From an uncultured virus (IMG/VR IMGVR_UViG_3300032327_000191) (taxonomy: Duplodnaviria; Heunggongvirae; Uroviricota; Caudoviricetes): a stretch of 64,000 nucleotides of DNA. Of the stretch, positions 8,507 through 17,127 are shown piece after piece (position 1 is the first letter of the stretch; every line of letters starts with the position of its first letter). The DNA is taken from IMG/VR virus record IMGVR_UViG_3300032327_000191. One strand, written 5' to 3'. Both the position numbers and the translations under genes were made by a program. The notes beneath the pieces were generated by a model that saw nothing but the letters and a program-made list of their open reading frames with translations, did no database searches and was not told the DNA's origin.

Positions 8507-10003
8507 TTCGATGGATTGGCGGATAATCGTGGTAGTTTGTTCTTCGTTTAGAGGCTGTTCCATCTCTCTCAGAGCCGTAGCCCTATCACCGAAAATGGCA
8601 CTCAACACTCCACCAGAGGACTGGCGTTCAGCAGTGATGCGAATGAACTCTTTGTTCTCTTCCAACTCTTTTACATTCTTGACTAACTTGAACAATCTAT
8701 CCATCTCTTGGGACACATTGGGGTCAGCATACCCGCCGTTCAATTCCTCTTGGAAGCGCATAAATGCTACTCTTTGCCCCTGCATTTCAATGACCGCAGT
8801 AAGCAGAGCCTTCAATTGTTCTTTGGTCCGAACCTCTACTGGCAAGTTAAACGCACAGGTCGTATCAGGCTTGAAAGCAGGGCAATTGGAAGCCACAAAA
8901 CAGGTGTTGCAATTGCGCAAAGACACCCCATTGGACTGCACCACAGGGGCGTCTCTAAGCACCTCATTGCCAGCGTCATCTACGTCTACAATGGTCTTCA
9001 TTGAGTACCCGAAAACAGGCAACGGAGTGACCTCTGAGGGGTCTCTAGGGGTCACTTCTGAGGCTTCATGTTTCCGCATCTCAGACCCACTGTTATTAGA
9101 AGACCCTACCCCTAATTCCATCAAACCGCTGTATAGGGTGTCATCACTGTTATCAGATAACAAGTCATCTTTGCCACCTTTGAGTACACGTAAGTCTGGT
9201 TTATCTTTATCCATTGACCTCTCCAACTGTAAAAATGACCAGATAGCAACCCGTGTAGATTCCAAAGTGTCATCCGCAACAAACAAATCAAAGTCTAATC
9301 CAGCAGACAGCACTTGCGCTCGGTATCTCGGTCGAGCCTGTGCCTTCATCTTCTTTGGATACCGCATGAGTTTCATGCCATCCCAGATGATTGTCTCGCC
9401 TCTACGCATGGGGGAAATCCAAGCGAGTGTAGATGCAGTAGCAAATGGAATCTGGCGCAGGTTGTCGGGTTTAGCAGTAGCAAGTGCATGGAAAGCAACA
9501 CCATGCTTCTGAGCCAGAGAGCGAGTAACCGTAGCAAGGTTAGTCACAGACTCTATAGTCTCGTAAGGGATAGCAACGTTAGCATAATCAGAAGCCCATC
9601 GTTGCAAGAGCATCTGCCCGTAAGACTCTCGCCAGACTACCCAGAGCTTAGGGTCATTCTCGTAAGCAGCTCGGTTCTGCTGAATAGCTGGAAGCCCGAG
9701 CACCTGACTGTCGAACTCCACCCAGCCCTCGATGCGGTCGTAGTTGATAGCGATGAAGTCCTCGTAGTCCGCAGCGTAATCCTCCAGTTCCTGACGAGAC
9801 AAGTTAGCTTTATCAGCTTGGACAGCTCCAGAGTCTACCCATACTTTCATGTCAGGCAGGAAGTGCTCACCAATCAAATACTCTTTGGTCTTGGGAAGCC
9901 CACGTTTGCGCAAACCCCAGTAGTTGAGCATAACGTGCTGAACACCGCTCCTCTCCAAGAGAGTGCGGTTACTTGGAATCTCTACTCCGCCAAAGATAAT
10001 CAC
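8501..10003 (-). CDS. TGT/DpdA-like TIM-barrel protein with C-terminal Cys4 and helical domain
   Basis: VWVDSGA motif, FHAL strand, S..W.SP.R.G; CNTC.....C........C. Confidence 0.6.
   Translation of the reverse strand: MIIFGGVEIPSNRTLLERSGVQHVMLNYWGLRKRGLPKTKEYLIGEHFLPDMKVWVDSGAVQADKANLSRQELEDYAADYEDFIAINYDRIEGWVEFDSQVLGLPAIQQNRAAYENDPKLWVVWRESYGQMLLQRWASDYANVAIPYETIESVTNLATVTRSLAQKHGVAFHALATAKPDNLRQIPFATASTLAWISPMRRGETIIWDGMKLMRYPKKMKAQARPRYRAQVLSAGLDFDLFVADDTLESTRVAIWSFLQLERSMDKDKPDLRVLKGGKDDLLSDNSDDTLYSGLMELGVGSSNNSGSEMRKHEASEVTPRDPSEVTPLPVFGYSMKTIVDVDDAGNEVLRDAPVVQSNGVSLRNCNTCFVASNCPAFKPDTTCAFNLPVEVRTKEQLKALLTAVIEMQGQRVAFMRFQEELNGGYADPNVSQEMDRLFKLVKNVKELEENKEFIRITAERQSSGGVLSAIFGDRATALREMEQPLNEEQTTTIIRQSIED
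9138..9166. repeat. Palindromic site TGTTATCAGATAACA, copy 2
   Basis: gtgtcatcACTGTTATCAGATAACaagtc, in the inter-domain linker of the gene. Confidence 0.7.
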
Positions 10004-10021
10004 AGATTAAACCTAGTGAAT

Positions 10022-10420
10022 TTAATCATAGTTAGTGAACTGAACGGTGTGAGACTCTTTTCCAGTGAGCCTGTCTGCAAGGAGTCGATGGTGTCCCTCA
10101 GCCACCCATATCTTCCCTTGGTACTGGTAAACCTGTGGGGCGTTATGCCCGTCGTCATCCGACCATTCTTCTGGGTCATACCCGGTTTTGGCGTAGTGTG
10201 CCAACCCCCATTTACCAAAAGATGTTTGGCTAGTATGCAGGGGAACATCGGTAGACAAAGTGGTCATCTCGTGCGGCTGTTGGTACGTGTAGCCCTCTAC
10301 TTCACCAATGATATGTGGAGCGTCTTCCTTGTGAAAGACAAATCCGTGTTTCTTGGCAATAGCTGAGTCCATAGGGAGATACGGCTCAAGCTGATGCCCA
10401 ACATTTTCATCTCTCCACAT
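10022..10420 (-). CDS. ParB/Srx-like domain protein
   Basis: P.V.......WV.EGHHRL.A motif. Confidence 0.75.
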   Translation of the reverse strand: MWRDENVGHQLEPYLPMDSAIAKKHGFVFHKEDAPHIIGEVEGYTYQQPHEMTTLSTDVPLHTSQTSFGKWGLAHYAKTGYDPEEWSDDDGHNAPQVYQYQGKIWVAEGHHRLLADRLTGKESHTVQFTNYD

Positions 10421-10432
10421 TACTCTCTCCTA

Positions 10433-10918
10433 TCATTCGAAGTTTAAAGTCTCTGTACGAGTGAGGCGACGGTCGGTAGTGCGAAGTTCGTTCTGCTTCT
10501 CCACAGCTTCTTCAATCTCAGACCATGCACGTACTTTACGAGGAGCATCAGGTCGAAACTCTGGTCGCAGGTAGGAAGGTTGAGCGAACATCACAGCCGC
10601 GATGCCTAGGTCAAAAGCGTAAGCCCACAGATGCGGGTCTCCTGTGATGAACAAATCGATAGCACCACGAGAGCGAGCAAAAGTAATCTGACGCTCTTCC
10701 AGACTCTCCCCAGCCAGAGCCACAGAGTTATCAATCACGTTATCGAAGTCAACGATTTTGTTTACGTTGAGCCAACGCTCGGTCTCGGCTCGCGTCATCG
10801 TTGACATATAAGTCAACTGATTATAGACAGTCAATGTAGACGCCATAATTATGCCCGTAGGGATGATTTGGTCGTCAGTATTCCGCAGAACGCCGTCTAA
10901 TTGCACCAGTATTTGCAT
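10433..10918 (-). CDS. HAD-superfamily-like protein with degenerate motif I
   Basis: ILVQLDGVLR (normally DxDG); LFITGDP. Confidence 0.65.
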   Translation of the reverse strand: MQILVQLDGVLRNTDDQIIPTGIIMASTLTVYNQLTYMSTMTRAETERWLNVNKIVDFDNVIDNSVALAGESLEERQITFARSRGAIDLFITGDPHLWAYAFDLGIAAVMFAQPSYLRPEFRPDAPRKVRAWSEIEEAVEKQNELRTTDRRLTRTETLNFE

Positions 10919-10927
10919 AGAGTCAGC

Positions 10928-11386
10928 TTAATCGTAAAATGGTTTAGAATCTTTGTTGAACTCGTCGATGTGGTTAAAAAACTGTTCCGGGGTAAACTCG
11001 CCTTTTTCATAGGGCTGTTCACCCCACTTTGCGGAATAATCGTGCATATTTGTAACGTCAATTGCGCCGTGCGCAGGGTGATGGTGGTCAATAATCGGTC
11101 CACCATGCCAAACGTGCGACCAGCCATCTGATTCTGTGTGCTTAATGTGCAAATCCCCGTGCTCATCTTCGTGAATCATGCTCGTAGGAAAGTGCTTTGC
11201 ACGAGACAGAAAAACTTGAGTTTGATGTGCTTTACGTTCTTCGTCAGTTTGCGGTGTACCGAATATCTCTGAAACTTTGTTCCACAGTTGTTCCCCCATT
11301 GCACGACCGGTCATAGCACTCTCGTCTTGTTGAGAAAAGTTGCGCCCCATAATTTCGTCAAACTGCTTACTGTCTTCAGGGTTCAT
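10928..11386 (-). CDS. His-rich hypothetical protein
   Basis: TAATG coupling; many His residues. Confidence 0.7.
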   Translation of the reverse strand: MNPEDSKQFDEIMGRNFSQQDESAMTGRAMGEQLWNKVSEIFGTPQTDEERKAHQTQVFLSRAKHFPTSMIHEDEHGDLHIKHTESDGWSHVWHGGPIIDHHHPAHGAIDVTNMHDYSAKWGEQPYEKGEFTPEQFFNHIDEFNKDSKPFYD

Positions 11387-11886
11387 TATTTAAGCTCTCT
11401 TTTCTGTACCGTACGAGCACTAACTACTTTTAAAGTATTTGGGCGTTGAATTTCTGGGTACTCAGACGCTGCATTTGCTAGACCGTTTACATATTCTTTG
11501 TCGGTGTAAAAACCTGCGCGGTGCTCTGCGCCCATCTCATCTTGCCGTTCGCGTTCAATTCTTCTGCCGTTGTGAATTCGGAGTGCGCTGAGAGCAGAGT
11601 CTTCGTTGCCACCGTGCAAATCAACTACGGCGTTGTAGTCTTCTAGTCTTTTACTCCCCAAGTAACGAGACATGGCTTTTTCGTGCGCATCTTCGCTGTC
11701 AAACAACTCTCGGTAATTACTGCCTGTTACATGAAACAGAGAACCTGTGTACTGGTGATGAGTCAAGTATCCGTGAGGAGTCTCTACAGTATCTGGGTCA
11801 ACGGGAGTTGAGTCCCCGATGTTCTTGTGCCATGTTTCTGTCCATGGGTTTTTATACGGGAGAAACTGTGCGCTGATGTCCATCAT
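11386..11886 (-). CDS. Hypothetical protein
   Basis: Coupled on both sides. Confidence 0.7.
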   Translation of the reverse strand: MMDISAQFLPYKNPWTETWHKNIGDSTPVDPDTVETPHGYLTHHQYTGSLFHVTGSNYRELFDSEDAHEKAMSRYLGSKRLEDYNAVVDLHGGNEDSALSALRIHNGRRIERERQDEMGAEHRAGFYTDKEYVNGLANAASEYPEIQRPNTLKVVSARTVQKRELK

Positions 11887-12779
11887 GACCTGCCGTAGAG
11901 TGCGGATGTGCGGAGGGCTAAATGAGCATCAGGGAGACTAGCCCCGTACAGGGACTTCTCTCGCTGTTCCTTGACGGCGTCAACTCGTTGGCGAATCTGA
12001 CGCAGTGCTTGAACCGTACCCTCACGCTTCCCTGCTTGCCATCTGTAGTTATTAAAGTCTGAGTAACCTTCACCAGTATCTGAGAACGCCAGAGCGCGGT
12101 TGCCATGAATCTCGTCGTAAAGTGCTGACCCTTGCTGGGATGCGGCTTCCAAACGAGCCTCTGCATTACGGCGGAGTGCCTCGTTGTAAGCAGTCGAGGA
12201 CTCGGTGAGCGCAGCTTGGAAACGTGTAACGACCTGCTGCGTCATGGCACGGTCACTGTTTACAATCTCTTCCCACTCAGGCTTGTATGGGGCGTGTTGG
12301 GCAGGATTGGGAGAAACAGTCCACTCATCGTATTTAACGTCGTATGCCGCGTACGGGTGGATGCTACGGATGTCATCTGTCTGAAGTGCGTAAAACGTCA
12401 GTTCGTAACCGTTCCAGTTTTCCGTCTCAGGGTGTAACCCCTCGTGAATATCGTCGTTAATCTGCTCTGAGATTTCACGGTCTGACAGACCCATAAACTC
12501 TGGGTTAGCTTTGCGGAACTGTACGTAGTCCACACCAAATAAACAGTCAAGGTCTCCGGGCTGTCTGGCGGCTTCCCATTGGTACGAAACCCCTGACCCA
12601 GCCAGCCATGCGTGAGACCACAGCTCTGGATGACGATACTTGTGACTCAGAAACCCAGCTAACAGAGACTGAATACCCTGTCGTGCCCAGCTTTTGAGGT
12701 GGCGACCTTCAAACAAGTTGGGGTCAAGGTTGGTTGACGGCTCGCTAAAGTACGATGTAGGCGAACCGGTTATATCCAT
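11883..12779 (-). CDS. Pol-beta-superfamily nucleotidyltransferase
   Basis: LAGS..SY.......GDLD (GS...DxD); ELTFY; AYD...W. Confidence 0.8.
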   Translation of the reverse strand: MDITGSPTSYFSEPSTNLDPNLFEGRHLKSWARQGIQSLLAGFLSHKYRHPELWSHAWLAGSGVSYQWEAARQPGDLDCLFGVDYVQFRKANPEFMGLSDREISEQINDDIHEGLHPETENWNGYELTFYALQTDDIRSIHPYAAYDVKYDEWTVSPNPAQHAPYKPEWEEIVNSDRAMTQQVVTRFQAALTESSTAYNEALRRNAEARLEAASQQGSALYDEIHGNRALAFSDTGEGYSDFNNYRWQAGKREGTVQALRQIRQRVDAVKEQREKSLYGASLPDAHLALRTSALYGRS

Positions 12780-12808
12780 AAGTAAAGTTTAGTGCATATA
12801 TGCTGACT

Positions 12809-13084
12809 TTACTCGGTATCAGGTGTAGCCGTTCGTTCCTTAAGGGCGTTAGACACCTTGTCTGCTACCGTGGGTTCTGGGGTAGGCATAAGAGCGTTTA
12901 CTGCCTGAGTAATGCCTTCCATGAGCAGTGAACGCTCAAGGTCAGCAACGCACTTGCGGGAGGAATCAATGATGTCAAAGATTCCAGCCTCTTTCTTGAC
13001 CTCAACACCCTCAGGTACTTTGGTGTCAATTTTGATTGAGCCGTCTTCATCAACAGCAATGCTGTACTGGTAATTAGTTGTCAT
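12809..13084 (-). CDS. Hypothetical protein
   Basis: ORF track; tight packing. Confidence 0.65.
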   Translation of the reverse strand: MTTNYQYSIAVDEDGSIKIDTKVPEGVEVKKEAGIFDIIDSSRKCVADLERSLLMEGITQAVNALMPTPEPTVADKVSNALKERTATPDTE

Positions 13085-13634
13085 AAAGACCCTGCTTCAT
13101 ACGGGCGTTGGTAATTGCAACGCTGTGGAACGGACAAAAGTTACAAAGGTAAATCTTGGGACCCGGTGCTTGGTCCGGTGATTCCAACCCTACATCCTTA
13201 CGCTCTTTGGCAGTCTTTGGCAAGAGGCGTTTCTCCGGAGATTTGTAGTCAGAACACCCGATTTGTGGTCGTTTGTGCTTTTCGTAGCACGACATAGCGT
13301 CTTCTGCAAACTGCATTTTGCTGGAGTAGTAGTCCTTTTCAGGAGTCATAGCGTCGAGACCTTCTGAACTACCGCCCTTGAGTTGTGTAATAATCTCCTT
13401 GCGGTACGCGGGGTTACCCCACGTCTTTACTGGGAGAATAAACAACTTACCTTTGTGGGGTTCTCCTGATGGGAACTTGTGCTTCTCTACAGAGATTTCA
13501 AGCAAGTAGTCATGCTCTGGTTTTCCCTCGTATGGGGGTAGTTCTTCCATCGTGTTGCAAACGAGACAATACAACAGCCGGATAACCGGTCCGTCATGCA
13601 TCTCGCGTTTACCAAGAAGTGGTACATCAACCAT
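13074..13634 (-). CDS. Zinc-binding hypothetical protein (CxxC..H..H; C..H..C..CxxC)
   Basis: AGGAG RBS; Cys/His pattern. Confidence 0.75.
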   Translation of the reverse strand: MVDVPLLGKREMHDGPVIRLLYCLVCNTMEELPPYEGKPEHDYLLEISVEKHKFPSGEPHKGKLFILPVKTWGNPAYRKEIITQLKGGSSEGLDAMTPEKDYYSSKMQFAEDAMSCYEKHKRPQIGCSDYKSPEKRLLPKTAKERKDVGLESPDQAPGPKIYLCNFCPFHSVAITNARMKQGLYDN

Positions 13635-13664
13635 ATTGTGCTCCTAACAGTTAGTAATCCTAGT

Positions 13665-14222
13665 TCATTGAGCGTACTGGCTCAGGTCAAACTTCTTTGA
13701 AACAAATTCTTCCGGGGAACCATCGTGATATAGGTCAAATGCTTTTGTGCACCGAGTACAAAACGTTCCCTCTCTTAGGTAGTAATATGACCATTCAAAT
13801 TTGCGTCGTTGTTCTTTCTTTAGATAAAAAACAAACTGTTGTAACCCAAGAGCCGCAAACATCCCAAGAAAAATTCCAATAGGCAACCCAGTCATTATGT
13901 ATGAAAATAACTTGGTTTCATCGGGGTATGTAGTCCACTGCGGAATAATAATCAAAACAACTAAATAAGCAATGATTGGAGTGGCAAACAATGTCCACCC
14001 AAGAAAATTCCACACGGTTATGTTGCCCGGAAGACGGGGTATGGAAAACCTCTGAGCTATTTGAGACGAGCTTTGTGACCAAAGCATCGCGGGGGTAATG
14101 CCCTCTCCGGGGATGTAGCCCCCACCCATGGTCACTGTGTTCGTGGTACCAGAGTCGAGTAAATAGCCGATATTGACAAGAGAGTTTTTGGTTTCGCAAT
14201 AGGGGCACGTATTATTTGCCAT
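13665..14222 (-). CDS. Two-TM membrane protein flanked by CxxC motifs
   Basis: CPYC N-terminal, two hydrophobic helices, CTRC; AAGGA RBS; AT-rich. Confidence 0.75.
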   Translation of the reverse strand: MANNTCPYCETKNSLVNIGYLLDSGTTNTVTMGGGYIPGEGITPAMLWSQSSSQIAQRFSIPRLPGNITVWNFLGWTLFATPIIAYLVVLIIIPQWTTYPDETKLFSYIMTGLPIGIFLGMFAALGLQQFVFYLKKEQRRKFEWSYYYLREGTFCTRCTKAFDLYHDGSPEEFVSKKFDLSQYAQ

Positions 14223-14272
14223 GATGATTCCTTTCTATTGGGAATCATACACCTGATTTGTGCAAATAGGAA

Positions 14273-15049
14273 CTACCGGTACGGGTTTGCTCCGACATTG
14301 ATTTGACCCGGCTGGCGGGTGGCTTCGCCTACTCGCATGGTGTTATTACCGTCTTTTCGGGTGCTACGAATATAGCGACCAACTACTGGGGATGCTGGAG
14401 CTACGGGACTCGCTACGAAACCTGTTACAGAGTACCCCGGTGACGCGTAATCAGCGTAAAACGAACCCGGCTCCTCTTCGTGCTTGGGGTCACCCTGCAA
14501 TTGGTAACGATGGGTAATGAACGCCTCTAGGTCGCCTGATACTCCCTTGGAGACTTTGCCCTTGGGTACGGTCATACCGCCAGCTCCCGGTCCCCAGATA
14601 GTCTCCTGTTTTGGAACCAATGATTGAAAGTGCTCTTCCAAAACTTGTCGAGCTGTGCGCTGCGCAGTTGCGTGAGCAATCTTAACTAACATGTCTTCAG
14701 ATGCTCGGGGGTATATGCCCCGTGCCTTTTCAACGTCAATTGGGATTCTTTGCTCAAAGTTGTACGGAGTGTGCCCATCGCCCAACTCAAAGTTATCTTT
14801 ACTCTGCTGGTCTACGATGCCCACGTGGTAGTGCTCGTTGATGCGCGTAGTCAGCGGAGCGTTTGGGTCTCTTCTCATCGCGTTTACTGCGCTTCTACGC
14901 TCTTTTTTCGCTTGGTCGTCCGGCGTAAGCGGGGTGAACTCTGCCAGAAGTTCTTGGCGTTTTTCGAATTGCTTAGGATTGAGGTTACCCAGAGAGGCTG
15001 GTGGCTCTTCTGGGTCTGCCTCTTCTTCGCTTTCGAAACGGTAACCCAC
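14273..15049 (-). CDS. Hypothetical protein
   Basis: 258-aa ORF; GTG start. Confidence 0.7.
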   Translation of the reverse strand: MGYRFESEEEADPEEPPASLGNLNPKQFEKRQELLAEFTPLTPDDQAKKERRSAVNAMRRDPNAPLTTRINEHYHVGIVDQQSKDNFELGDGHTPYNFEQRIPIDVEKARGIYPRASEDMLVKIAHATAQRTARQVLEEHFQSLVPKQETIWGPGAGGMTVPKGKVSKGVSGDLEAFITHRYQLQGDPKHEEEPGSFYADYASPGYSVTGFVASPVAPASPVVGRYIRSTRKDGNNTMRVGEATRQPGQINVGANPYR

Positions 15050-15051
15050 GA

Positions 15052-15261
15052 TTACTTACCGGGGTTGACCTTAGCCGAGTCCGGGTACTCTGACGTGGCG
15101 AAACCGTAGTTGTAGAATGGGTTCAGGCTCTGGCGGTTTTCCAGAGTAGCGTCGGGAGCACCGGGGATTACCTCGGTGTTGGGGCGTACCTTACGGTACT
15201 TACCGTCTGTCGAGCCTTCGTTGAGGCTGGCGTTCATCGAACGCGAAGTGTTAACTGCCAT
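15052..15261 (-). CDS. Small hypothetical protein (MAVNTSRSMN...)
   Basis: Start moved to ATG 15261 after AGGA. Confidence 0.7.
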   Translation of the reverse strand: MAVNTSRSMNASLNEGSTDGKYRKVRPNTEVIPGAPDATLENRQSLNPFYNYGFATSEYPDSAKVNPGK

Positions 15262-15262
15262 T

Positions 15263-15646
15263 TTAGTATCCTGACTGTTGGCTAGTAGAAATAGGTCGGT
15301 TGTGGTTCGGGTCTTTGCACTTGTCCGTAACACGGTTCAATTTTGCACCACAAGTCTCGCAGATTGCGGTTCCGCCCACCATGACGCCGTCGCCTTCGTG
15401 CTCATTTTGCATGTAGCGCAAATCGGTGTTATCGAACTCATCGTCTTCTGAGTACTCTTTTCCGGAGTGCTTCTCGTGTTCGCGCCGAATAAAGTCGCTG
15501 CCGTACATGTGGTCGAGAGTCCCCTGCTGAATCGCGTCCTGAGCCGCTGCACGACATTCGGGGCACGAGCGAGCTTCGACGTCGTATTCGCTACCGGGAC
15601 CCATGTTTACGTGGTCTCCGTTTCGACGGTCATGAAATGTAGTCAT
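15263..15646 (-). CDS. Hypothetical protein with CxxC motifs
   Basis: CPEC; CETC...C...H. Confidence 0.65.
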   Translation of the reverse strand: MTTFHDRRNGDHVNMGPGSEYDVEARSCPECRAAAQDAIQQGTLDHMYGSDFIRREHEKHSGKEYSEDDEFDNTDLRYMQNEHEGDGVMVGGTAICETCGAKLNRVTDKCKDPNHNRPISTSQQSGY

Positions 15647-15664
15647 GGTAATCTCTTTCCCCCG

Positions 15665-15871
15665 TTAGTCTCGGGCGTTTCCTGTCTTATGGTTTTGTCC
15701 CCACGGCAACGTGCGCCTACCCCGTGATGGGTCAGCCATGACACGGTACTTTGGTTCAGTTTTAGACTTCTTTGCCTTAGGTACGTAATCCCAAACACCG
15801 CTGACGTCTAGGTCAGCGTCAACGTCGTTCCGATTACCGGCACGATTTGGCACTGGGTCGTATGCACCCAT
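15665..15871 (-). CDS. Small hypothetical protein
   Basis: GGAG RBS. Confidence 0.6.
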   Translation of the reverse strand: MGAYDPVPNRAGNRNDVDADLDVSGVWDYVPKAKKSKTEPKYRVMADPSRGRRTLPWGQNHKTGNARD

Positions 15872-15873
15872 GA

Positions 15874-16152
15874 TTACTCTCCGTACGGCTTTGAGGCTTC
15901 GTGGGCGGCTTTACACGCGGGGCAATCCTCGGCGTGAACCTGTGCTCCCATACCTGTTTCAGAGTCTACGTTAGAGTAATCGTACTTGTGGTCCATCTGC
16001 GCACCTGCGCGAGGCTTACCGCCACGACCAATGAACCCCATGAGCTGAGCCATGTCTTTTTCCCCACCAGCGTTCCATGCGGGGTCCGTAAGAAGGTCAC
16101 GGTATTTTCCGTGAGTACCTGCTGCGCGGTTCGGCGGGTTGTTGTTATCCAT
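15874..16152 (-). CDS. Small hypothetical protein (H..DCPAC)
   Basis: TAATG coupling. Confidence 0.6.
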   Translation of the reverse strand: MDNNNPPNRAAGTHGKYRDLLTDPAWNAGGEKDMAQLMGFIGRGGKPRAGAQMDHKYDYSNVDSETGMGAQVHAEDCPACKAAHEASKPYGE

Positions 16153-16352
16153 TACGCCATTTTTCCTTTGACTCGTTGTGCCATCTTGTTATTTAAACAT
16201 TCTGGACACAGACCCTTGCTCATCATAAATTCAACTGGATTCATAATGACTCCGCATTGTGGGCACGGAGCTGACCCTCTATATAGAGTAGCATTTTCCA
16301 TGATTTGTCGTGCCTGAAGTTCGAGCGGGTATCCGCCACCATCAATATCCAT
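16152..16352 (-). CDS. Zinc-finger protein (CPQC...CPEC)
   Basis: GGAGG RBS; TGATG coupling. Confidence 0.7.
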   Translation of the reverse strand: MDIDGGGYPLELQARQIMENATLYRGSAPCPQCGVIMNPVEFMMSKGLCPECLNNKMAQRVKGKMA

Positions 16353-16735
16353 CAGTTTCCTCCTAGATGGTTCCATGAGTAAGCATAAACGGCATTATGC
16401 GCAGCTTCTGTGGCGTTGTCTTTGATGCCTCTTACTGCTCTTTTAACCGGCTCTGGGGCGTCTACCCCCGCGCTGAATAGTGCGTGGGCGTGGTTAACGT
16501 GTTCTTCAGCAACCATCATGCTTGACAGTGCGGAGTGATAATCCCCATCCATGTGGTGTACGGCGGAGTACAGCAGATGGGCATTGGCTTGCTTCAGGTG
16601 ATGCACCAACACGCCTTGTTCAGCGTCATCTAGGTCCACATACCCAGACTTCAACGCTTGTTTCATTCCCTGTTTAAGAGTCTGAAGTGTGTCGTGCATT
16701 TCTTCGTGTTGAACCGAGATAGGTGATTTAGCCAT
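16352..16735 (-). CDS. His/Ala-rich helical protein
   Basis: TAATG coupling. Confidence 0.65.
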   Translation of the reverse strand: MAKSPISVQHEEMHDTLQTLKQGMKQALKSGYVDLDDAEQGVLVHHLKQANAHLLYSAVHHMDGDYHSALSSMMVAEEHVNHAHALFSAGVDAPEPVKRAVRGIKDNATEAAHNAVYAYSWNHLGGN

Positions 16736-17127
16736 TAGTCACCTGCCAAGCTGTTGCGCGACGAACCCGAGTATGAGCCAACTCCTCCTGAGTACCACGC
16801 CACACGAGGTTCGGTGTACACGCGGTCAATGCTCACAACGTCATCAATTTCGGGCTGGGTGCGCATACCGTAGCCAAAACGGTCTGGGAACAATCGGATT
16901 TGAGGAAGCGGTGGGCGTACCATTTCTTGAATCTTGCTACCCGGAATGGATGCGACAACCAATGCTTGTTGCGTCAACCGTTCTTCGTTAGACGCCCACG
17001 GTCCCAAATATGACCATGACTTCTCGGAAGACGTTGGCGCATAACGATTACTAGCCGTTCCACTGGAGTCGAATGCTCCTTGCCACGGCTTAGTCTTGTC
17101 GTATTGACCGTCAAATCGCGTTGTCAT
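16735..17127 (-). CDS. Hypothetical protein
   Basis: GGAGG RBS; TAATG coupling. Confidence 0.7.
   Translation of the reverse strand: MTTRFDGQYDKTKPWQGAFDSSGTASNRYAPTSSEKSWSYLGPWASNEERLTQQALVVASIPGSKIQEMVRPPLPQIRLFPDRFGYGMRTQPEIDDVVSIDRVYTEPRVAWYSGGVGSYSGSSRNSLAGD

Noticed and set aside
8511..10366. Long + strand ORFs (333 aa, 350 aa)
   Set aside because: Antisense shadows of motif-bearing - strand genes; no RBS or recognisable motifs
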